64,000 nt of DNA from Bacillota bacterium (GTDB lineage: Bacteria > Bacillota > Clostridia > Christensenellales > UMGS416): contig JAEZSC010000004.1 of NCBI GenBank assembly GCA_023422005.1, positions 16,310-80,309 of the forward strand, in the 5' to 3' direction. This document shows, piece by piece, positions 40,963 to 51,036 of this stretch. Each line of letters begins with the position of its first letter. The first letter of the stretch is position 1. A program made the translations under genes and the position numbers. Under the pieces are notes generated by a model that searched no databases, was not told where the DNA came from, and was given only the letters and a program-made list of their open reading frames with translations.

Positions 40963-43096
40963 GCTGACCTATCGGCAGCGAGTGCGCCTGCTACGGGAGA
41001 AGAAGATACAACACACGCTGGAAAAGACCCGGCGTAACGGCTATATGGATGGAGACGACTATGGCACTGTGCCGCTGCCGGAGGAGTTTCACTACGAGGC
41101 CGCGCCCAATCACCCCAACGGCGGGTTTTATGGCCTGGATGGATGGTCCCGCAACTACGCGGCGTTGATGGCGGTGCATCCGGTGTATGTGGACCCGCTG
41201 GAGATACTCTGCGGCCGCTGGGCGGCCATGCTGCCGTTGTGGCGTAAGGGCTGGCCGGAGGACCTGTTCCCCTACGACGAGTTAAAGGCCGAGCAGCAGC
41301 TCTACGGCATCAACAGCGGCATCGGCGCCGACGCTCACTTTGCCTGTGATTACAGCATCGGCCTGGATCTGGGCTTTGGTGGCATTCTGGAGAAGGTTCG
41401 CCGCTTCAGGGCGACGCATGAGGAGGATAAGCAGGCGTTTTACGACGCTGAGGAGACAGTGATACTTGCCATACAAGGCTGGATCCAACGCCATATTGCC
41501 CGCATCGAGGAACTGCTGGACGGGGAGACCCGTCCCGAGATTGCCGCGACGCTGCGGCGTATGCTGGAATGCAACCGCAATATCGTCAGCCAGCCACCGC
41601 AGACCTTCCTGGAGGCCTGCCAGTGGATCGCTTTCTTTGCCTGTGCCTCTCGCATCTACGACCGCGACGGTGCCGGATGCATGTTGGATACGGTGCTGCT
41701 GCCCTTTTATTTGCGGGACAAGGCAGCGGGGCGTCTGGATGACGAGGAAGCCACGTTCATACTGGCCAACCTGCTGCTCATTGAGACTCATTATTATCAG
41801 CTCTCTGGCGTGACAACCGAAGGCAGCGACCGCACCAATCCGGTATCCTGGCTGATACTGGAGGGCGCCCATTGGCTCAATACCTCCAACAACCTGACTG
41901 TCCGCGTGCACGACGGCATCGACCCGGCCTTCTACCGCAAGGCTGTGGAGTACCTGTTTACCGACCGCAATGGTTGGCCTCGTTTTTCCGGCAACAAGGG
42001 CCTGGTGGGCTATGCCCGCAACGCCGGGGCTGATATGGATACGGCGTTGGAACGTATCGCCGTGGGTTGCAACTGGATGGCGGTACCCGGCCGGGAATAC
42101 CCGATGAATGACTGTGTGAAGATCAATGTGGCCAAAGTATTTGAGGTAGCACTGCACCAGATGATGGACGAGGGGCAGCCCTCCACCGAACGGCTCTTCG
42201 AACTGTTGGAGCACCACCTGCGCCGGGCTGTGGAGGTCACCGCCGCCGGCATCAACCTGCACATAGACCACCAACATAATGTCATGCCGGAATTGGTGAT
42301 GAACCTGTTCATGCGCCACACCATCGAGGACGGGCTGGACATCACCCAATGCGCAGAACTGTTCACCGTGGGCATCGATGGCGTTGGGTTGGGTACCGTG
42401 GCCGATTCCTTCGCCGCGCTGGAGCAACGGGTGATGCAGGAGGGGCGCGTCACCTGGCAGCAGGTGTATCAGGCGTTGCAGGAGGATTTCCGCGACAACG
42501 AGCGGCTGCGGCTGATGCTCAAGGCCTCGGAACGCTATTGTCAAGGAGCATCGTTAGGGGATAAGTGGGCCAAGCGCGTCAGCGACCTGTTGACACGGCT
42601 GGTCAAATCGCAGCCCATGCCCCAGGGCCGCACGCTTGTGCCCGGCTGGTTCTCCTGGTCCAGCACCATAGCCTTCGGCCGCCAGGTGGGCGCCACGCCC
42701 GATGGCCGCCATGCCTTTACGCCGGTAACCCACGGCGCTAACCCTAACCCCGGCTTCCGCAAGGATGGCGCCGCCACGGCCATGGCCTTGGGCATCGCCC
42801 AGATCCAGCCGGGTTACGGCAACCCGGCGCCGCTGCAACTGGAGTTCGACCCCCATCTATCCAAGGAAGAGGGGGGCATCGATCGCGTGGCTCAGCTCAT
42901 CCGCACCCATGTGGACCTGGGCGGTACGCTGGTCAACATCAACGTGCTGGACCGGGACAAGCTGATGGCTGCCCACAGGGACCCTATGGCCCATCCGGAC
43001 CTGGTGGTTCGGGTGACAGGCTTTACCGCCTACTTTGCCACGCTATCGCCGGAGTTCCGCCAGCTGGTCGTAGATCGGTTTGTAGAGGGGCTGTAG
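40955..43096 (+). CDS. Pyruvate formate-lyase-like glycyl radical enzyme of unknown specificity (713 aa)
   Basis: FGRQVGATPDGR motif. C-terminal glycine loop VVRVTGFTAYF (Gly689 by position). Candidate thiyl Cys372 in AVGCNWMAVPG. Overlaps the activase gene end. Confidence 0.85.
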   Translation: MSELTYRQRVRLLREKKIQHTLEKTRRNGYMDGDDYGTVPLPEEFHYEAAPNHPNGGFYGLDGWSRNYAALMAVHPVYVDPLEILCGRWAAMLPLWRKGWPEDLFPYDELKAEQQLYGINSGIGADAHFACDYSIGLDLGFGGILEKVRRFRATHEEDKQAFYDAEETVILAIQGWIQRHIARIEELLDGETRPEIAATLRRMLECNRNIVSQPPQTFLEACQWIAFFACASRIYDRDGAGCMLDTVLLPFYLRDKAAGRLDDEEATFILANLLLIETHYYQLSGVTTEGSDRTNPVSWLILEGAHWLNTSNNLTVRVHDGIDPAFYRKAVEYLFTDRNGWPRFSGNKGLVGYARNAGADMDTALERIAVGCNWMAVPGREYPMNDCVKINVAKVFEVALHQMMDEGQPSTERLFELLEHHLRRAVEVTAAGINLHIDHQHNVMPELVMNLFMRHTIEDGLDITQCAELFTVGIDGVGLGTVADSFAALEQRVMQEGRVTWQQVYQALQEDFRDNERLRLMLKASERYCQGASLGDKWAKRVSDLLTRLVKSQPMPQGRTLVPGWFSWSSTIAFGRQVGATPDGRHAFTPVTHGANPNPGFRKDGAATAMALGIAQIQPGYGNPAPLQLEFDPHLSKEEGGIDRVAQLIRTHVDLGGTLVNINVLDRDKLMAAHRDPMAHPDLVVRVTGFTAYFATLSPEFRQLVVDRFVEGL

Positions 43097-43111
43097 CCTA
43101 ACAGGTCAACA

Positions 43112-43149
43112 AGCCAGGCTCAACGCTAAGCAAAGAGCCTGGCTTTTTG
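43112..43149. terminator. Bidirectional terminator between convergent operons
   Basis: AGCCAGGCTC / GAGCCTGGCT stem followed by TTTTT. Confidence 0.6.
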
Positions 43150-43281
43150 ATTGAATGCCCTCGTTAACAACATCCCTTGCGTTTGATGAGTAAGGCTGAG
43201 ACTGTTTACACGCAAAGGAAGGTAGAATATACCTCCAGGCCCGGGCAAGTTGCCCAGGCCGGGAGGTTTCGGCATGTTGTG

Positions 43282-44373
43282 TCAGTACCGTCCCTGTGTC
43301 AGGCAGGTTTCGATGATGCGCAGATAGTTGCGCGCGGCGTTGGGCGGGAGCTCTTCGACGATGGGCGAGGCGGATATTGCCAGAATGATGGGCCCTTTCC
43401 TGCTCTCCTCGATGATGTCCAGCGTCTTCTGGGCGATCTCATCCTCGGTGTAGCCATGGAACAGATCGCTGTACTCGATGTTGCCAACGAATATCGTGTC
43501 CGGTCCGAGGCCTTCCCGCGCCTGGGCCAAGGTTACGTCTCCCATCGGCGGTGGCTCCAGCGGATGGATGGAGTCCATGCCAATCTCCTTGAATTCCTTG
43601 AGTACGGACCCCACGCATCCGTGGCTGTGGATCATGCTCTTCTTGCCGTAGCTTCTGACCAAATCCACAAGCTGCTTGTAGTATTCCGTGGCGTAGTAGG
43701 AGAAGAACTGCGGACCCAGCGTGGGCGGCAGGATGTATTCGCAGCCGTCAATCCAATAAATATCGCCCAGGCCGCGCTCCAGGAACAGCTTGTAATACGC
43801 CAGGCACCGCCGCTGCAGCTCGTCCATGCATGCCTTCATGCGCTCCCGCTCGGTGTAGTTGACGATGGCATACTCCGTTTCGTCAAATACGCTGTGGGTA
43901 AAGGTCAGCGGTCCGGGCTCCATGATGCAGGGGATGCCCCGGTCGCCCAGCGCTGCCACATCGGCGTCGTAGGAGGAGGTGTCGGGCACGTCCAGCTGGA
44001 ACGGAAACTCCAATATCGTTTCCAGGTCCTCGATGCTCTTGCACAGAGGCACGACGACCTTGCGCCCGTTCTCCATGACCGTGTCGGATTGGAAGGTCTT
44101 GTCCTTGTAGGTGACGCTGCGGCGCGCGCCTTCCCGGCGTTCCACAACGGAGGGATGGGCGTTCAGGAAGAGGCGGCTCGGGTAATTCAGCCTGTCGATG
44201 ATATCCGTCTGCGAATAAATCACTTGATTGACCTGGGCGTAGGACGGGCTTTCAAACACGTTGGCCGCCAGATTCCACGGCTTGCCCGGGAACAGCATCC
44301 AGACGGGAATCCTGTCGATCTCCTGGCGGTTGAAGATGCGCGTCAACCGCTCCTTCCCAGTTAGGCTTTTCAT
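43282..44373 (-). CDS. URO-D/MtaA-like family protein (second paralog)
   Basis: ATG 44373 in an ATGA overlap with the SBP stop. KERLTRIFNRQEIDRIPVW N-terminus. HSHGC (H-x-C) motif. Confidence 0.7.
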   Translation of the reverse strand: MKSLTGKERLTRIFNRQEIDRIPVWMLFPGKPWNLAANVFESPSYAQVNQVIYSQTDIIDRLNYPSRLFLNAHPSVVERREGARRSVTYKDKTFQSDTVMENGRKVVVPLCKSIEDLETILEFPFQLDVPDTSSYDADVAALGDRGIPCIMEPGPLTFTHSVFDETEYAIVNYTERERMKACMDELQRRCLAYYKLFLERGLGDIYWIDGCEYILPPTLGPQFFSYYATEYYKQLVDLVRSYGKKSMIHSHGCVGSVLKEFKEIGMDSIHPLEPPPMGDVTLAQAREGLGPDTIFVGNIEYSDLFHGYTEDEIAQKTLDIIEESRKGPIILAISASPIVEELPPNAARNYLRIIETCLTQGRY

Positions 44374-45959
44374 TTTGTTCCCTTGTACCATTCGTTGTAG
44401 GCTTCCACGATCTTGTCCGCGCCCTTGGACTTCATCTCCGTGACGAACTGATCGAATTCGTCCAGGCTGCGGGCGCCGGCGATGAACTTTGTGGCTTCCT
44501 GCGCGGCGTACTCGGTGACAACCTTGATGTCCTGAGACACGCTGTCAAACGCGGGGGCGGCGGCCAGCGGATTGACCACCAGGAAGTCGCCGGCTTTTTC
44601 GAAGGTTTTGGCAAACAGATATCCGCCCTCGGCAGTCTTGCGGGTGCGCATCTTCCACAGCGGGAAGTAGAACGGGCCATCCTGCAGGGGGGAGAGGTGA
44701 TACAGATTGCCGCGGTTCTGGTCGAATGCCGGAATCAACGGCGTGGGCTCACCATCCACCATCTTGAAGTCCACGCCCTCGTCGCCGTGGATGATGTATT
44801 CATAGTTTTTGTCGTCGCGGAAGGCGTCCAGGAATTTCAGCGTGGTCTCCAGCTTCGTGGAGCTCTTGGGAACCATGCCGATGCGGAACAGACCGCTCAA
44901 CGACCGGGAGCGCTGCACGCCCTTGTCGTCCTTGAAGGGAGCGATGATGTCCATGGGCGCGGCGATGTCCTTGTTCTTCTCCTTGGCCGCGACCCACAGG
45001 AAGCGGGGTTGGTCCGTGCCGCCGCTGAAAGCGCCAACGCGGCCGGCTGCGACCTTTTCGCTGATCGTGGTGCCCGTGTTCACTGGCATGTCCTGATCCA
45101 TAAGCTTCTCACTGTACAGCTTGTTCATGAACGTCAGGTAAGCCTTGTATTCCTGCGTGAGGCGCATGTCGGCGAGCTTTCCTTCGACGTCCTGATAGTC
45201 GTAAAGGATACCGAAGGTCGTGGCCACTGTGGAAACCATGGTGCCGGGGCCGGCGATGAAGGGAATGAAGTCCGCGCCGATGCCGCCGGGATCCTTCTGC
45301 TGGAATTGGACCAGCATGTTGTAGAACTCATCCCGCGTTGTCGGAACGGACAGGCCCAGCTTTTCCAGCCAATCCATACGGACGGAGATGGTATCGGACG
45401 AATAGGGCATGCCGGTGCTGCCGATGGCGAAGATGCGTCCGTTCACGCGAACGGCATCCGCTCCCAGGGGGTCCAGCTTGCTCAGGTTGGGGTATTTGGG
45501 CAGTTCATCGGTCAAATCCAGGAGCAGGTTCTTCTTCGCGTATGTCGCGTATACGCTCTTGTCGTTGTCGCTGGCGCCGATGTTGATCAGGTCATAGGGG
45601 ATGTCGCCGCTGGAGAAGATCAGGTTCAGCTTGTCCAGCGCGTTCTGTTCGGGCAGCATGTCATAATCGATGTCATAATGGGTGACCTCTTCCAGCACCA
45701 CGACGGAATGATCGGTCTTTGCGTCGAAGGGCGCGTATCCGACCAGGATGTGGATCGGGTCGCCTTCGTTGATCAGCTTCCCGTCGTCTTGTGCGGGAGC
45801 CGAGGCAGACGGCGCTGCCGAAGCTTCAGCGGGCGTCGCGCTGGCGGCGGTTGAGGATTGCTCCGCTGAAGTGGCGGGAGCATTGTTGGGGGCGCAAGCT
45901 GCCAACAGCAGGCAGCATGCCAGCACGATGGGGATGATGCGAGGGAACGGTTTCGACAT
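44370..45959 (-). CDS. Extracellular solute-binding lipoprotein (second sugar ABC system)
   Basis: Lipobox LLLAAC, Ala/Ser/Pro linker, ~500-aa LplA-type SBP. Confidence 0.8.
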   Translation of the reverse strand: MSKPFPRIIPIVLACCLLLAACAPNNAPATSAEQSSTAASATPAEASAAPSASAPAQDDGKLINEGDPIHILVGYAPFDAKTDHSVVVLEEVTHYDIDYDMLPEQNALDKLNLIFSSGDIPYDLINIGASDNDKSVYATYAKKNLLLDLTDELPKYPNLSKLDPLGADAVRVNGRIFAIGSTGMPYSSDTISVRMDWLEKLGLSVPTTRDEFYNMLVQFQQKDPGGIGADFIPFIAGPGTMVSTVATTFGILYDYQDVEGKLADMRLTQEYKAYLTFMNKLYSEKLMDQDMPVNTGTTISEKVAAGRVGAFSGGTDQPRFLWVAAKEKNKDIAAPMDIIAPFKDDKGVQRSRSLSGLFRIGMVPKSSTKLETTLKFLDAFRDDKNYEYIIHGDEGVDFKMVDGEPTPLIPAFDQNRGNLYHLSPLQDGPFYFPLWKMRTRKTAEGGYLFAKTFEKAGDFLVVNPLAAAPAFDSVSQDIKVVTEYAAQEATKFIAGARSLDEFDQFVTEMKSKGADKIVEAYNEWYKGTK

Positions 45960-45971
45960 GGTTTCTCCTCC

Positions 45972-46853
45972 TTATTCTTTTACGGAGCCTATCATGACTC
46001 CTTTGACAAAGTATTTTTGCACGAAGGGGTAGACCAGAAGCACTGGGATGGTCGCGGCGATGATCGTGGCCGCCCTGGTGGCCTGCGGCGCGTCGGTGAG
46101 CGCCATAAGGCCCTCGGCGGAGTTGATGTTGGACGTGTCCATGGCGAAGTTCACGATATCCAACAGATAGAGCTGAATGGGCTTCAAGTCGTTTTTCGTG
46201 ATATACAGCATGGCGCTCCAGTATTCATTCCAGAAGCCCACCGCAAAGAACAGCGACACCGCCGCAATGGTCGGCATAACGACAGGCAGCATGATCCGCC
46301 AGAACACGGTGAAATTGGATGCGCCGTCGATCTTCGCGCTCTCCTCCAGCGAGGGTGATACGCTCTCAAAGGCGCTCTTCATGATCAGCATGTTGTACAC
46401 GCTGATGGCGTTGGGCAAAATGACCGCCCATAGCTTGTTGAGCAGGCCCAATTCCCTGACGACGATGTAGGTTGGCACCATGCCGCCGGAGAACATCATC
46501 GTGAATACAAAGGCGACGGTGAAAAAGGACCTGCCATGCAGCCGCGCGCGGGATAGCGCATAGGCGGCCATGCCCGACAGCAGCAGGGAGAGCGCCGTGC
46601 CGCCCACTGCGATGCGAAGGGATACCCATAGCGCTTTCCAGAACTGCTGTTTGAGCACAACGTTCTTCATCGTCTGCACCTGGAAGCCTTCGGGAATCAT
46701 GAATATCCTACCGGTGATGTTCGCCTCATAGCTGCTGAACGCTTTTGCCAGGATGTTGATAAAGGGATACAACGTGCTCAGTGCAAACAGCCCCAGCGCG
46801 ATGTACACGATGACTGCAATCACTTTTTCTTCCCGTGTCTTGGAAATCCTCAT
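45972..46853 (-). CDS. CUT1-family sugar ABC transporter permease
   Basis: ATG 46853 with AGGAGGGG RBS. EAA loop EESAKIDGASNFTVFWRIMLP. Confidence 0.85.
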   Translation of the reverse strand: MRISKTREEKVIAVIVYIALGLFALSTLYPFINILAKAFSSYEANITGRIFMIPEGFQVQTMKNVVLKQQFWKALWVSLRIAVGGTALSLLLSGMAAYALSRARLHGRSFFTVAFVFTMMFSGGMVPTYIVVRELGLLNKLWAVILPNAISVYNMLIMKSAFESVSPSLEESAKIDGASNFTVFWRIMLPVVMPTIAAVSLFFAVGFWNEYWSAMLYITKNDLKPIQLYLLDIVNFAMDTSNINSAEGLMALTDAPQATRAATIIAATIPVLLVYPFVQKYFVKGVMIGSVKE

Positions 46854-46864
46854 AGCCACCCCTC

Positions 46865-47839
46865 CTACCACAGGCTGCGCGATACGAGCTTTCGGCTCGC
46901 GGCATTCGCGGCGACAACCAGTGTGAATGATATGACCGAATTGAAAAGGCCGGCGGCCGAGGCATAGCTGTATTCCATGTTGCTCAAACCTGTCCTGTAG
47001 ATATAGGTGCCGATGACGTCGCCGGTGGCATAGACCGTGGGGTTGTACATCGCCATGATCTGCTCCACGTTGGCATCCATGACGGTTCCCACGCGCAGCA
47101 GCAGCGTGATCACGATGATCGGCAGAATGCCCGGAATCGTCACATGGATGATCTGTTTGATGCGGCTGGCCCCGTCCACAACGGCAGCCTCATAGAGCGT
47201 GGGGTCTATGGCTGTGATGCCGGCCAGAAAGACGATGGCGCTGTACCCCGCTTCCTTCCACACAGCGCTGCCCACGACCAGGGAGCGGAAGAGGGACGGC
47301 TCCATCATGAAGCGCCGCTTTTCCCCGCCCAGCATCGATAGGACCTGGTTGATGCCCCCGGTGTTGGAGAACATATCGAACACGAGGCCCGCGACGATGA
47401 CCCAGGACAGGAAGTGCGGCAGATAGATGATCGTCTGTAACGTCCGCTTATACCCCGAGTGGGTGATCTCATTGAGCATGATGGCCACCACAATGGGAAT
47501 CGGGAAGAAGAACAGGATCTTGTACCAGCTGATCAGCAGCGTATTGCGCAGCACCACGGGGAATTCCATCGAGGAAAACAGCTTGGCGAAGTTCTCCAGG
47601 CCTACCCATGGGCTGCCGCCGTATCCCTCAAAAATGTCATACTGCTGAAACGCCATCGTAAGCCCGACCATGGGCAGGTATTTGAAGACCAATAAAAACC
47701 CAAGCGGAAATAGGAGCATCAAATAAAGATCCCAGTCGTTCACCATATCCTGCAGCAGCTTGCGTTTTGGATTTACCACCATCGCGCTATGGCCCTGCAG
47801 CAGCCCGCGCTTCTGTTTTGTCACAATTGGGCTAGGCAC
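46865..47839 (-). CDS. CUT1-family sugar ABC transporter permease
   Basis: GTG start with GGAGGGA RBS. EAA loop LYEAAVVDGASRIKQIIHVTIP. Confidence 0.85.
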   Translation of the reverse strand: MPSPIVTKQKRGLLQGHSAMVVNPKRKLLQDMVNDWDLYLMLLFPLGFLLVFKYLPMVGLTMAFQQYDIFEGYGGSPWVGLENFAKLFSSMEFPVVLRNTLLISWYKILFFFPIPIVVAIMLNEITHSGYKRTLQTIIYLPHFLSWVIVAGLVFDMFSNTGGINQVLSMLGGEKRRFMMEPSLFRSLVVGSAVWKEAGYSAIVFLAGITAIDPTLYEAAVVDGASRIKQIIHVTIPGILPIIVITLLLRVGTVMDANVEQIMAMYNPTVYATGDVIGTYIYRTGLSNMEYSYASAAGLFNSVISFTLVVAANAASRKLVSRSLW

Positions 47840-48053
47840 CCGTGTTCCCTCCGCGTCATTTTGTTAAATTGATTATATTGTCGGTCGCGAATTATTGAAA
47901 GTAGACAAAAATAAAGTCTTGGTATGATGATATTCCAGTGTTGCCATTTGCCTATGGTATTTCAAAATAGCGAATATATAATGATGTTGGCAGCGGGCGC
48001 AAGCCTGCCCGGGGGCCGCTTATGGCTCAGAATAAAACCGAGGAGACGATGTC

Positions 48054-49391
48054 ATGAAGAAGGTATTGGAGCCCGGCAGAGAGTTGACGGTCGCGCTGGA
48101 GACGGACATCTGTGTTGTGGGCGGCAGCTGCACGGGGCTGTTCGCTGCGGTGCGGGCGGCCCGCTTGGGCGCGCGCGTCGCCATTGTGGAAAAGCAGAAT
48201 TGCTTTGGCGGCACGGCGACGGCGGGGCTAGTCAACGTGTGGCACAGCTTGCATGATGTGGACGGCAAACAGCAGATCATCGCGGGATTGACCGATGAAA
48301 TAATCCAAAGGCTGCAGCGCAGACGCGCGGTCATGTATAACAACAACGTCAACATTGCCTACCGGCTGGACACCGAGGAGCTCAAAATCGAGCTGGACGC
48401 GCTGGCCGTGGAGAGCAAGCTGGACGTTTTTTTCCACACGATGTATTGCGCGCCCTACCGCGAGGACGGGCAGCTCAAAGGAATCATCATCGAGAACAAG
48501 GATGGCCGGCAGGTCATACTGGCGAAATTCGTCATCGACGCGTCGGGCGACGGGGACGTGGCCCGCGATATGGGCCTCAAGAGCTACCGCCACGAGCATC
48601 TGCAGCCACCCTCGCCGGGGTTCAAGCTGTTGGGAGACATCAGCAAGTTCAGAATCGACGCCATACTGCAGGAATATGGCGCAAGGTTCGGGCTTCCTGA
48701 GGATTGGGGATGGGGCGGCCCGATCCCCGGCGCGCCGCTGCTCTCCTTCCGGGCGGACACCCATGTCTTCAACGTGGACTGCTCCGTTGCCTCTGACCTG
48801 ACCGCCGCGGAGATCGAGGGCCGCCTGCAGATCCGCGCCGTCATCGATGCGATCAATACCTGCGCGCCTGTAGCGGCGGATGTGCGAATCGCAGCGATCG
48901 GCTCCACGATAGGCATCCGGGATTCCCGGCATTTTGAGAGTGATTATCAGATGAACGCGGAGGATCTTCTGCACGGTACGTCCTTCCCGGACGCCATCGC
49001 CTATGGTACTTACCGCGTGGACATTCACCACGGCAACGGCGCGGGCATCACCTTTAGGACTCTGGACGGGCATGAAGATATCTTCAACGACAGGACAAGC
49101 CCGGCGATCCACCGCCTCTGGCGGACCGGCGACGACTACGCCCGCTATTATCAGGTCCCCTTTCGCTCGCTGGTGCAGCGCCAGGTGCCCAATCTGATCA
49201 TGGCCGGGCGCATGATCCATTCCGATCGCGACGCCTTCGGCGCGATCCGCGTTATGGTCAATCTCAACCAGCTGGGCGAGGCTGCCGGCGTGGCGGCGTA
49301 CCAGGCCGTCGATACCGGGCTGCCCGTCTGGGAGACGGACACCGCCAGGCTTCGCGCCGCGATGAAGGCCGGAGGGTCTGTTATTTTGTAG
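48054..49391 (+). CDS. FAD-dependent oxidoreductase
   Basis: Dinucleotide-binding N-terminus DICVVGGSCTGLFAAVRAARLGARVAIVEK...GGTATAG. 445 aa. Confidence 0.7.
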   Translation: MKKVLEPGRELTVALETDICVVGGSCTGLFAAVRAARLGARVAIVEKQNCFGGTATAGLVNVWHSLHDVDGKQQIIAGLTDEIIQRLQRRRAVMYNNNVNIAYRLDTEELKIELDALAVESKLDVFFHTMYCAPYREDGQLKGIIIENKDGRQVILAKFVIDASGDGDVARDMGLKSYRHEHLQPPSPGFKLLGDISKFRIDAILQEYGARFGLPEDWGWGGPIPGAPLLSFRADTHVFNVDCSVASDLTAAEIEGRLQIRAVIDAINTCAPVAADVRIAAIGSTIGIRDSRHFESDYQMNAEDLLHGTSFPDAIAYGTYRVDIHHGNGAGITFRTLDGHEDIFNDRTSPAIHRLWRTGDDYARYYQVPFRSLVQRQVPNLIMAGRMIHSDRDAFGAIRVMVNLNQLGEAAGVAAYQAVDTGLPVWETDTARLRAAMKAGGSVIL

Positions 49392-49431
49392 CCCGTTGCG
49401 ATATCATAACAGGATATAAGGGGACGATGGC

Positions 49432-51021
49432 GTGAAAGTACTGATTGTCGACGATGAAAAGATCATACGGCATGGGTTGGTGCACGACGTCCCCTGGAGC
49501 GACTACGGCATTGATCCCCCGTTTGAGGCGCGCAACGGAATAGACGCGCTGGAATTGTATCACAAAGAGCATCCTGATATCCTGCTGACGGATATCAGGA
49601 TGCCTCTTATGGATGGAATCTCGCTGACCAACGAAATCCGCAAGCTGGACAGCGACATCAAAATCATATACCTGACAGGATATCAGGACATCGAGTATAT
49701 CAAGAACGCGTTTCACAACAACGCCGTGGATTATATCCTCAAGCCCGTGATACTGGATGAATTGAAAGCCGCCATTGAAAAAGCGGTGCGCCTGTGTACG
49801 GAGAATGCCGGCCTGCGCAGGCTTTGGCTGCACATGGAGCAGAAGATACAGCAAAGCCAACCCTTTTTCATCCGCGGGTTTCTATCCAGGCTGGTGGAGG
49901 GGAGTTACAACAGCGTTTCAGAGATGGAAGAAAAACTGCGTTTCTGGAGCATTCCTCTGAACATACACGAAGGTTATCTGGCACTGGTCGTATTGCTGGA
50001 CGAATACGAGACCATCAACACGCGGGACAGAGAGCTGGTCTCCTTCGGGGTGGAGAACATCCTGCAGGAATTGCTGGAGAGCGGAAACGGCGGCTATTCC
50101 TTTCATCTTCGGGACGGCAACAAGTTCGTATGCATCGTCCCCTATCACTCCGAGAGCCGCGCCGAGCTGGACAAGCTGCTGGATTCCATCCGCAAAGCGC
50201 TCAGCGTGTATCTGACCCAGAGCGTGTCCGTTCTCGTGGGGTCACCGGTGGACGGCCTTTTCAACATCAACGAATCCTACCAGAATGCGATATATCTGCT
50301 TCTGCGGCGTTTTTATGACGAGAAAGCCGGCATCTATTATTACGATGAGGAAGCCTGCGTTGAGGCGGATGAGGTTACCATCGATAAGAAGCTGCTCGCA
50401 GACCTTTGCGAGCAGCTGCGCGCCCACGACGAGTCTCATTTTGCACAAACAGCCGAGAAGCTGCTGGTGGATATCCGCCAGAAGCGCTATCTGTGTAAGG
50501 AGCATCTGCGGGGCATCTTTCTTTTCATCGCCGGCCATCTGATCTACAGCATGCCCGGTGACGAAGTGTCCAGGGAATGCATCGATCTGCTGACCCATTG
50601 TGCGGACAAGCTGTATCTGTGCGATACCATCACCTCGGTGCATGAGATCATGGCAGAGCTGATGAGCGAGTTGAGGCGCGTTCTGTCACAAAGCCAGCAG
50701 GACCCCGGCGCCCGCATCATCACGGAGATCAAGAAGATCCTCAATAGCCGCCTCACGGAGAATGTGACAATCAACGATCTGTCCAAACAGATCTTTCTGA
50801 CGCCTCAATACATCTGCACGATCTTCAAGCAAAGGACCGGCATGACGATCAATGAGTATATCACCAAGCAACGCGTTGACAAGGCGAAAAACATGCTGCT
50901 GTCCGGCAACTACAAGCTTTACGAAATCGCTCCGATGGTCGGATACAAGGACGTTAAATACTTCAGCAGGGTTTTCAAACGGGCAACGGGCGTGATACCG
51001 TCGGAATATACCAGCGAATGA
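49432..51021 (+). CDS. Response regulator with AraC-type output domain (YesN-like)
   Basis: GTG start. REC domain KVLIVDDE...DILLTDIRMPLMDG. C-terminal AraC HTH. Confidence 0.85.
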   Translation: MKVLIVDDEKIIRHGLVHDVPWSDYGIDPPFEARNGIDALELYHKEHPDILLTDIRMPLMDGISLTNEIRKLDSDIKIIYLTGYQDIEYIKNAFHNNAVDYILKPVILDELKAAIEKAVRLCTENAGLRRLWLHMEQKIQQSQPFFIRGFLSRLVEGSYNSVSEMEEKLRFWSIPLNIHEGYLALVVLLDEYETINTRDRELVSFGVENILQELLESGNGGYSFHLRDGNKFVCIVPYHSESRAELDKLLDSIRKALSVYLTQSVSVLVGSPVDGLFNINESYQNAIYLLLRRFYDEKAGIYYYDEEACVEADEVTIDKKLLADLCEQLRAHDESHFAQTAEKLLVDIRQKRYLCKEHLRGIFLFIAGHLIYSMPGDEVSRECIDLLTHCADKLYLCDTITSVHEIMAELMSELRRVLSQSQQDPGARIITEIKKILNSRLTENVTINDLSKQIFLTPQYICTIFKQRTGMTINEYITKQRVDKAKNMLLSGNYKLYEIAPMVGYKDVKYFSRVFKRATGVIPSEYTSE

Positions 51022-51036
51022 CGGGGGTAAAAGTTG

